A stretch of DNA of 64,000 nucleotides from positions 4,960,001 through 5,024,000 of the forward strand of contig CM022672.1 in NCBI GenBank assembly GCA_012295275.1, read 5' to 3'. Position numbers and translations under genes: made by a program. Positions 1 to 10,400 of the stretch are shown here, in pieces. This DNA is from Chrysomallon squamiferum (lineage: Eukaryota > Animalia > Mollusca). Within the stretch, counting starts at the first letter, position 1. The number at the start of each line of letters is the position of its first letter. Under the pieces are notes generated by a model. That model made no database searches and was not told the DNA's origin. It saw only the letters and a program-made list of their open reading frames with translations.

Positions 1-762
1 TTATTATTATTATTATTATTTATTTTAAAAAAAAGAAAAGGAAATACATTTATAAAAATATTAAATCATGTATATCACACAATAACATTAATCAAATATA
101 GTTTGGATTAAATTATAATATTTTATCATAAAGAATCGGATATGTAAAACATTGCAATATAATATAAACAAATTTGATGAATAGTTATTATGTTTTTGTA
201 ATCAACAACAAATTTTACTTTCAAAAAATTTAAATTTACTTATGACCCTAAAATAAATTTAAATGTAAAACAAATGTACCACTGAAAATTCATATAAACA
301 AACAAGACATTAAAATTTATTTACAATCTTATCATCATAAAATCAAAATTAAATCAAAATTTATGATAAATAATTCATTAGAATGCTGTTAAATATGAAT
401 GCTAAAAATTTCTGAGATAGAGTTTTCATTCCTTTACATAAATATAAATACATTCGACATAAATAAAAAATTTCAAAACATAAGGCATCCAAAATGATAT
501 TATAGATCTTGAATTTTATCTTATAATGATAAATTCACTGTCAAAACAAACTAAATCAAACTATTATTTTTATATCACAGGCAATTTTAAAAATATTTTT
601 AATTTTATATACCCGAAAGTATGTCAACATTACACTTACCTTGATGAGTGCACTGTCTGTAAATACAAGACTAAAAATATTTTTCAGTATAATTTTAGTT
701 TTCATTACTCATGTTGACACTGTAGATTGTTGCTGTTACTTCTTGCCAGTATTTAAAATGAA

Positions 763-1280
763 ATATGTGTTGTATCTTGGTACATGTTATAATTCGGTAT
801 GTGTTGTATTTTGGTATGTGTTATAATTCGGTATGTGTTGTATTTTGGTATGTATTGTAATGTGGTATGTGTTATAATTTGGTATGTGTTATAATTTGGT
901 ATGTGTTATAATTCAGTATGTGTTATAATTTGGTATGTGTTATAATTTGGTATGTGTTGTATCTTGGTATGTGTTATAATTCGGTATGTGTTGTATCTTG
1001 GTATGTGTTGTATTTTGATACGTGTTGTATCTTGGTATGTGTTGTATCTCGTATGTGTTGTAACTTGGTATGTGTTGTATCTTGGTATGTGTTGTATTGG
1101 GTATGTGTTGTATTTGGTATGTGTTGTATTTGGTATGTGTTGTATCTTGGTATGTGTTGTATCTGGTATGTGTTGTATCTTGTATGTATTGTATCTTGGT
1201 ATGTGTTGTATTTGGTATGTGTTGTAACTTGGTATGTGTTGGTATGTGTTGATATCTTGGTATGTGTTGTATCTGGGTAT
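763..1280. repeat. Minisatellite, ~18-19 bp unit (GGTATGTGTTGTATCTT-like), >25 copies, in the POLL 3' UTR
   Basis: Tandem units are directly visible and begin a few nt after the POLL stop codon; they explain the overlapping repetitive ORFs at 641-1337. Confidence 0.95.
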
Positions 1281-1287
1281 TTGTTTA

Positions 1288-1479
1288 TCAATGGTCCCTT
1301 TCTTCTGGAGGTCTGTATGGCACACCTAATGCTTTGAAAACTGATTCCTCTGTGGGTGTGGCAATTTTAGTTCCTTCGTATATTTTCTCTGTACCCTGAA
1401 ATATAAAAGTTATAATAAATAAATGTAAACGAAAGACAATTTCAAAAATGAATATATATGAATGTCTGTTTATCTATAG

Positions 1480-1510
<31 letters not shown>

Positions 1511-3215
1511 AGTGTGTGTGTGTGTGTTGTATACAAACAAAATATCAGTTTATATATATCTATATCTATATCTATCTACATATATCTACATATATTTATA
1601 TATATATATGTATTTTTTTATAAACTGACATTTTGTTTGTATGTGTGTGAACATGTGCAAATCTTCTCATAAAAAATTAAAAAATTACATCTACAGCTTC
1701 TACTTTATTATTACCTAACTGTGCATTCTTTTTGTTTTACCTTTCTAATAACTCCAGTTTTCAGTGCGTGTTCATTAAGTGACATGTTCATTTTCTTACA
1801 GAGATGTCGCAGAGATCTGTTGAAATGAGCAGAACCAGTGAAGTAAACCAGTGCACATCCATACTCGTCATATGGCACAACAATGATGTCAAGTCTTCGA
1901 TGCTGAAATTTTATTAAAACTGTTCACATTCCCCTTGTTAAAAGAGTAAATACAAATAATATATACATTATAAATAAAAATAAAATAACTAAATAAATAA
2001 TAAAATGAAATAAAATAACTAAATAAATAGATAGTTAGACAGACAGACACTGAGATAGGCAGATAAAGAGATAGATAAAACTACTAAAATAAAATGGTGT
2101 TAAACAATTTCAACTGACAAATCATTATAATCATCTTTGTAATTTTTGTATTCAACATTTTGCTCACTATCATTTTGCAAATAGCTAGGAAAGTTTCATA
2201 GATTGTTACACTATTCTCAAATATCTTGTATAATGTGATTTCTGATCAGAACTAAATTTTATCAAAAAATGTTAATGAAAATTTGAGAAATCTAAATTTC
2301 CCCTGATATCTCTAACTAAATATTAATATACTTAATAGAAACTCATATTTTGATTCCATTCCTTAAAATTCCCATGTTTGATTACAATCCAGTTAATTCT
2401 ATTTTTTAAAAAATATTTTATTCATTTAGTTACAAATTTGCCTGACATGAAACAATCAGCCTATTTCTTATGTTTGAATGAAATATTTAACTAACTTTCC
2501 TCTTTTCACCAGGCAGTTTACACACTCCCAGATATTTTTTCTGATTTCCATTATCCTCTACTGACACCAAATCATCAGTCAAAAATCCTGAAACATTAAG
2601 TGTATGTAAAACAATAATTTACATAGAAACATTAGACTTCTTTTATTTTTTTATTTTTTATCATATCTTTATCTGAAAATATGATTTAATTATTAATAAA
2701 ATATTTTTTTCAGCTATTTACAAACTTTTTTTTAACCCTAACAGCAACACGGGGAATTCCTTCCACTTATTTTAACAAATAAGTTTTACAAATTTAACAC
2801 ACACATGTTCAAAATGGTATATTCTGCCACTTGATGAGTTGTTTGTCATTATACAAGTCATTATTTTCAATACTGGTTTATTTAGTATTTCAGATTACAA
2901 CCATTCAAATTTCATCCAAAGTGTGTTATTATTTTAGATAGTTGAGTGTCGTGTGTATTCATAACCATGGTGAAAATAATGAATCTCTCACACTGATCTG
3001 GGTTTAAGATATAAATAAAAACCTGATTCTTTGAGACTAGCCAGCAGCTTTCCATACATTCCAACATGTGACTTCCCATCAGGATGTGTGATGAGGACGT
3101 CAACATCTCCACAAGTGGGTTTGCCACGCCGATACGATCCACAGGCTTGAGCAATAATTCCAGGTTGAATCTTTTCAGCAGCATTTTTCACCTGCAGAAT
3201 TTTTATTAATGTACC

Positions 3216-3248
<33 letters not shown>

Positions 3249-5948
3249 GTATGTATTTATATATTTATATACACACACACATACACACATATCTACAAAA
3301 ACACACACACATATATAAATAAAAAATTCTACAGATATGTGGATAGATAGATAGATAGATAGATTTTTTTTTAAAAAAGATGTGATCTTTATAATCTTTA
3401 TGATCTTTGACTATATATATATATATATATGTATATTTATTATATATAATTTCCAAGTAATTTTATATTGTTGTGTTTTGTTCAACTACTGAGAACATCC
3501 TGCTCTTTTTTTTTTTATGTTTATTATATCAACACAGCAAAATTAGATTTAACTTACAACTTGTTCACACAATAACATTAACTTACTACTTGTTCAAACA
3601 ATAAAGTCAACTTACTACTTGTTCACACAATAAAGTCAACTTACTACTTGTTCTATTTCTCCAGCTTCTTCGTGAGGCATCCTGTCTAGTAAATCATCAT
3701 ACAAGCGTACTCCAATTTTCTGCTGATGAGTCAAATTTGCCTTGGTCTTCAAATCTTCTATTGTACGAAATCCCTACAATTAAGAAATATAGAATTCAAA
3801 TTTATCAGAAATATTTAATAAATAATTGCTAGAAATTAATATGTTAATGGAGCAATATTGTTTTTTAAAATTTAAATAATAATCCCTACAATTAAGAATA
3901 TAGAATTAATTTATCGGAAATATTTAATAAGTAACTGCTGAAAATTAATATTAATGGAGCAATATTGTTTTTTAAAACATAATTAATAATATGTGCATAT
4001 AAGAATTTATGAGAAAAAAACCTTAAAATCAACCTGCATAACAGTTATATCAAGTATTCAAAGTACACAAAGAACAAAAAAGAATGAGTGGATAATAAAT
4101 TTATAAAATGCAAAAAATAACAACATGTATTAAAATAATTAGCTTATCCTGTTTATTTATAGAGATTAAAAAAGATATTACAAAAAACAATTACAAAACC
4201 ATACCTAATTAAATCTTCAGACATTGTCTCAAAAATATCTCATTTTCTCACAGAAATGCTGTAATTTAATACTGCATCTGAGATACTACGCTGTTTTTTT
4301 AACTTAATACCACTTCTGTAAAAAAAAAAGACTCTAACCTGCTGGTACCAAGTCTTTGCTGTGGTTGGTCCAGCACCCCACACATCAGTGAACATGTTCA
4401 AAACTTTAATTTCGTCATTTGATCTGAACTCATTCAGTTTTCTCAGCTCTCCACTCTGAATTATCTCCCATATTTTGTCAGCCAGACGAGACCCGACACC
4501 TGGCAAAGATTTCGCTTCCTGAAATACGAGAATTTTAAACTGTAAAATAATTTATCTTCCTCCTTCGTGCAAACATAAATACAGATCTGTGCAAAATCTG
4601 AAGTCACATTATGAAGATACAGTCAAGACTTTTCTTCTTCTTTATTTTTCTCCCAGTAACAATTTATAAAATATCTGCTACAGGAAGGATGTAATGTTTT
4701 ATTGTTATTATTTACACATTCAACACACTTTTAGCTCATAACAGAAACTGGTTATAGACCATACAGATTCAAAGAAAGGAAATCTTTGTCTGCCACATAA
4801 TGAACTAATCTGTTTATTTTTTTATTAGCAGCTTACAATCTTTCTTTGCACCATGCCATGAACAGGATAAAACACAGCCTTCACTGCATCAGTAATGGAT
4901 CACCAGCTTTGACAAAGAAACATTTAAATGTATCCGTTGATAAGAAATGGTCCTAAACTGATTAAACACAGTGATTTACAACAAAATCAGTGTCAGTACC
5001 TCCCATGTAGAGATTTCTTTCTGGTGTCTGCGAAGAGCCTGGATTGCTTTCTGATAACCAAAGGCATGCCATTTGTCATTCGTGCTCTCGTAATTCTTCA
5101 CCATTTCCTGCAACAAGACACACTCGACATACAGCGCTGAGAACCAGTATGGATGTAGACCACATGATGTTAATTTAACAAAAAGTTGTTTGTCAGAAAG
5201 AAGAGAATATATAAAGACAACAACAACAACAACAACAATTATTTCTTTACAAAAGATAAAAGGTTGTATTTGTATGATGTTTTTTACATTCACAATAAAC
5301 TAAGTAATAAAAAAAAGAGTCATTGTACTGCCTCAGGTAATCATGAAATCTTTGAAATGCTTCACATCTTTTGATAGTGTTAAAAATGTGTATACTCTGA
5401 TAGAAATATATATATATTACCAGAAATAGTATCTATACCTTTTTCTCTAGGACACATATACACACACACAAGCATATGCAAATATACATACCTCCAGTTT
5501 ATCAGTGATATGTTTATTGAAATTTGGTCGAGGATTTTTAGAAGACTGTGCACAGATCCATTTTTCAGTCTGAAGTAAACAGAATAAAGATATTATTATT
5601 GTCTGAATTAGTGAAGTTTGTTACCTGAATAAAATATCAGAGGAATATTTCAGTGAAGTTTGGTCTTCAGTAGAAAGATTTTAATTTAACATTTTGTTTG
5701 CATACTGAATTTCCTAATCTAAATTAATACTGTTTTTGTTTAATACAGTTTTTGTTTCTCAGAAACAAAAACAGCCAAAGACTGTAACCATACGTGATAT
5801 AATTATATTCTACATTAATTTCATTCTAAATATTTAATATTTACTTTTACTAAACATGGAAATATACTTTGAAAATTTATGTGAAAATATATATTAAAAG
5901 TTTATTAATTATATTCACAATTCAGATTTTCAAGAAATTTAATACATG

Positions 5949-6001
<53 letters not shown>

Positions 6002-6777
6002 AAAATATTAAACCAATGTATTTTTCAATCAAAAGTATATATTAAAAATATAAAATTTATAATTTAAAATAGAAAATAAGAACATTAAAAATATAACGCT
6101 ATTCTTTGCAATCAGATTACATATATTAGAACTATATATACACATGTATGATGTACTTTTCTTACAGGAAATGTTTTAACAGGAGAAGTATTAGGGGTGC
6201 CATTAGAACTTCGAGAATGATATCCACTTTCATTATTTTGGGGTAGATCTCCCTCTTCGTCACTTTCAACAAAATCACTGTCGGAATCTTTAATTTCTAA
6301 TTTGTTTGCTTTCTTAAACGCATTGAACATTATACCAGTTTTCAAATAATTCGTTTTCGATGATGTCTCGGCTTCTGACAAAGCAGACCTTGTTTCAGCT
6401 GAAGTCTGAGATACATCATTACCCGATTTAGCACTGAAATATGACTTTAAATTTAATTTATATGGCTCAGTTTCTATTAACTTTTTCTCTCTAAGACAGG
6501 TACTCAGCCAGACTGATTTAACGACATCAGCTTCGGGAGCAGACGTCAGTTTTAGTAATTTACATATTCTGTCGGTGTCCATTGAATCATCGACTAAAAT
6601 ATGAGTTGTAGATGGTGATGTATCTCTGCAGACAGATGCACCATATTTTTCAAGTTGTGTCTCAAAAATCTGAATTCTTGCTTTCTGAATGCCAGCTTTT
6701 AGAATGAAAACTTTTATCTCCGACAGAAATTGTTCAGTATCTGTTGATGCAGTCGAATTTGCATCACAGTCAGACAT
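1288..6777 (-). CDS. POLL: DNA polymerase lambda (X-family; BRCT, 8-kDa lyase and nucleotidyltransferase domains), 9 coding exons, ~545 aa (~565 aa if the 6836 ATG is the true start)
   Basis: Exons on the minus strand with GT-AG junctions and matching phases: 6777-6166, 5569-5492, 5107-5000, 4518-4339, 3773-3645, 3191-3023, 2587-2496, 1902-1741, 1395-1288 (TGA). Hallmark motifs: BRCT (THILVD...[11 protein letters not shown]), KWICAQSS, lyase helix [11 protein letters not shown], Hh[13 protein letters not shown], catalytic [42 protein letters not shown]-terminus YRPPEERDH*. Confidence 0.97.
3551..3653. repeat. 29-bp tandem repeat (3.5 copies) spanning the POLL exon 5 splice donor
   Basis: AACTTACTACTTGTTCACACAATAAAGTC-like units; minus-strand GTAAGT donors at 3644, 3615, 3586 and 3557. 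Confidence 0.9.
3769..3977. repeat. ~112-bp tandem duplication spanning the POLL exon 5 splice acceptor
   Basis: AATCCCTACAATTAAGAA...TTAATGGAGCAATATTGTTTTTTAAAA occurs at ~3769 and again at ~3881. Confidence 0.9.
4683..4945 (-). mobile_element. Degenerate SINE, family A (tRNA-derived), in a POLL intron
   Basis: The reverse complement shares core blocks (ATCCTGT..ATGG, GCTGCTAAT, GTGGCAGAC...TTTCCT) with plus-strand copies at 9383, 22825, 24790 and 48050. Confidence 0.55.
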
Positions 6778-6836
6778 TTTTGCTTTTTAGATCCATTTTT
6801 AATTTCACTGCAGATTTTTCTCTTTTTGGAAGACAT

Positions 6837-7143
6837 TATTTCTGGGTTTCTAAACGTTTATTTTTGAAATAAATACAAATGTGTTACAAAGCTCCATTTA
6901 CAGGTTATAATAGGAAACCATTTGTAAATACATAGCAGTAACGGGATATTTGATTGGCTTACAGTACTTTCGCTTCACGATGCTTAAACATGTCTTCCCG
7001 GAAGAGGAAACAAAGTAAAGCGCGCTAAGTTCAATGTTATTTTACTTCGAAAGAGTTGAGATCGTCTTTGTACTGGTTTGCAACATTTCATTATTTGATT
7101 ATCTCAACGAGTAACAAATATTCTTCAGGATTTATTTGTCACT
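6837..7143. promoter_or_regulatory. Putative bidirectional promoter shared by POLL and FANCI
   Basis: Short interval between divergent start codons, locally CpG-rich compared with the flanking gene bodies. Contains an inverted CCAAT box (GATTGG 6952-6957), palindrome TCTTCC-C-GGAAGA (6993-7005; ETS core CCGGAA), TTTCGC (~6968) and CHR-like TTTGAA (6863-6868). The TSSs themselves cannot be seen. Confidence 0.7.
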
Positions 7144-7175
7144 GTAAGCATTAAAATAAATAAATAAATAAATCC

Positions 7176-7244
<69 letters not shown>

Positions 7245-7371
7245 ATTAAATGAAAAAATAAATGAAGTATAGTTTCTTTAATCACAATAAATGTGAGATG
7301 TACCTATTCAGTAGAAGAAATATGTATCTATTTATTTATTTATTTTATTTTTTTTATTGGTCTATTTTCAG
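7144..7371 (+). other. Probable 5'-UTR intron of FANCI, containing a (CT)n tract
   Basis: Donor GTAAGC at 7144; T-rich tract ending in TTTTCAG at 7371; ATG in good context (ACCATGG) at 7423. Confidence 0.5.
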
Positions 7372-7422
7372 TACTTCTATGTCCCAGAATAAAAATTGAA
7401 CTTTTGTTGTCACACAGTAACC

Positions 7423-10400
7423 ATGGACAAAAAGATATCAGCTTTACTGTCCAGTGGGAGCACAGAGGAACTTCTTCAGTTGTTAAATGAAATAGACAAT
7501 AATGAGGTACATCGCCTAATAGACAATGATGAGGTACAACTAACTATTTTTAAACCATGAAAAATTGTTCCTTGACATAAAAATGTATATTAATAATAAT
7601 AATAATTATAGGAAAAAACAAAATAAATTAAAAAACTAACAAACAAAAATGATCTTTGCATTAATAACTAGATGCATTTCATTTGCTTTATGTTAAATAA
7701 AAATGTAATACTGGGACAATTTTTTTTTATCTATTTTCCTTTGCTATTTTCAGTGTTATTTATTTAATCTTTTTATCTGAAGTTATAAATAAATAAAGTA
7801 CGTTATGAATCACTGTAATAGTATCAAATTATTGATTAGTTAATTTATTTATTTACTTACTAACTTACTTTCTTATTTACTTTTTTAATTGTTTTCTTGC
7901 TTTTTTTTTAATAGAATTTTAATAAATTATTTTGTAGTTTTCCCAGATGATTTCAAACCATGTTTTACAAGGGAAGAATGACTGTGTTTCATTTATTAGA
8001 ACTCTTCTTGCAAGTGAGTACATTTTTGCAAAGAAAACAAAAAATTATTTGTTTTCAGTGAAACACCAGATGATAAAATTATGTATATAAACAAGAATTA
8101 ATCTTTATATCTTGTAAAACAAACTTACGATCTAAATTCATTTTGCATTTTTTAAATGTTGTTGCTTTATTTTTTTTTTTTTTTTTTTATTATTATTATA
8201 ATGCCCAATCTTTGCTAAAAGTAAAGTATGTAAATTTAAAAAAAAAAAATGGAAGGATGTTTGGAATCTAAATATATTCATTTTCTCTTGTTGTGTTATT
8301 CTACATGATGTAGTATAAAGTAATCCATAATTTTTATTATTATTATTATTATTTACTTTATTATAATTTTTATTATTATTGTTATTACTATTATTATTTT
8401 TTTATTATTGTCATTCATCATTATTATTATTTTTTTTTTTTAAATTGAATTTGCAAAAGTTTTTTTTAATATTTTTTTTTATTTATTCTGAATTTAATTT
8501 TCAGATGTTTCTTCGAATGTGTCTGCCAAGACAGCAGCTCTGCAGTTGCTGATTTACAAACAACTCATCGACATTCTGCAGAAGAATGAAACTAACCCAA
8601 AACTGGCTTCCAACTTGGTTGGTCTGCTTATGTTAGAGGTGAATGCTTCAAATTTTAAAAGTTAAAAAATAAATAAATCTCTTAAATTCATATTTTGTGC
8701 TTTTACTTTTTTCTGTTGTTGTTGCTGTTTGTTTTTGTTTTTTCTAGTGGGTAGGTGTTTTTTTTTTTTTTAATGTGGCAGGACATAACACACACACTCT
8801 CTAATGTATAAAGTATAATTGAAATGTTTGTGTACAGATTTACATTATCAGATGATTTTCATTATAGAATTTTCAGAAATGAGGAAACAAATGTATTATT
8901 TAATTTAATCAATTACATATCATTTCTTTAACAAATTTGTTTTAAAATCATTCAGGCTATTTTCACCAATTTGAAAGTCCCCTCAGAGAAACTAGAATGA
9001 AAATAAAAATCTTTCTCTGTAACATTTTTGATGAAAGTAGAACACATTTTAGTTTCAGTCTTAAGTGGGTTTAAAGCATAATTAAAGTATTCACTCTTCT
9101 AAACCTCAGAGTGTTTAACTTATTTTATCAGCTTGTATTGAATTTAGAAAGCTAACTGCAGCTAAAACAATTGTTTTCATTTTCAGTGCGACAAACTTCC
9201 AAGTAAAAGTTTAGTATATTTGGCTAACATGTTTGTGGATTATGTAAAAAATGGAACATTACAAGGAGGAAAGTAAGTGATGAATTTCTCTGTGATAAAA
9301 CTTTATCAACTGTTTAACTGAATAAAGTAAATTTTCAAGTATTTAACATTTCTAAACAGCACCAGTTTATTGTACTTGTATGCTATGGTATGTTTTTTTT
9401 CCCGATTAAGGGTAAGTATGTAAATAATCCCTTCTTGCTAAATGAAAAAGAATAACCCATAGTGGTTTCCTTTCCTCGTAGTTTATCTGCACAGACATAA
9501 TTATATGAATGATGCATATAACTGTAGATCACGAAATGAAAGGAACATATCGTTAAATGATATATTTCTTCCCCACAGTATTGAATTTTGTTTTGGTCCA
9601 CAAAAAGTATTCTTGGACTTTTATTCAATCTTAATTTTTAAGTGTGAAATCGTAAAATGAAAAAATTCATATAATTTAAAAAAACAAAATTTTTATATGG
9701 TAAAACATTGCAAAGTCTTGTTATGAAATGGAATTTTTTTTAGAACATACTATTTTAATTTTCTATGCTGTTTATTAAAAATTGAATACATTCTAGATTT
9801 TGTTTTTGTTTTTCAGAGCTGTTGATTTGTTTCCCCGATTATTGTCTGGTTTGGCTGAGCAGGAGGTGGTTGTGTTCAGAGAAAATTCTATGAAGGGATC
9901 TGAGTATAAAAGTCACTTACTGAACAGCGTGTGTTCTTGCAAGTATGAGTTTTGATTACAGCATTGTTGTAGATATTGTAACATTTAAAACAAATTACTT
10001 TCTTAATTCAGTGCAAGCAGATCAACGAAAGTAAAATACTTCAAGGTTTAGTAGACTCAATACTATATGCTTTAAGCCTGTATAACTTTGATAAAAATCA
10101 AAATATTTTACTTTCGGGTCATTCCGTGTCAAATCACCCAATGGTTTAAACCTGACCGTCTCAGATTTTTATGAAACTTGGTATACTTGTTGACTGGGAT
10201 CCCACAGCACCAAATCTGAAATTTTAGCTCAATCAGACCAGTGGTGTGGGAGATACGGCCCACCGAATTTTGAGATTTTTGCCAAAAATGGGTGTGGCCA
10301 CCAACCTTAGAACTCTCACATCTCAGGAACTACTGGGCCAATCTTCATAAAATTGGTATTGTTAGAAAGGCAAAATGACAAGGATACCAAATCTGCCATT

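Noticed and set aside
906-1337. Overlapping 60-139 aa ORFs on both strands (QHIPRYNTY / WYVLYL repeats), and the idea of a POLL read-through tail
   Set aside because: They are translations of the minisatellite. POLL ends in tandem in-frame stops (TGA TAA) after a conserved C-terminus.
2912-5293. ORFs 2988-3308, 4240-4506 and 4976-5293 as independent proteins
   Set aside because: They are POLL exons with intronic read-through; 2912-3184 and 4928-5140 are alternative-frame or antisense shadows.
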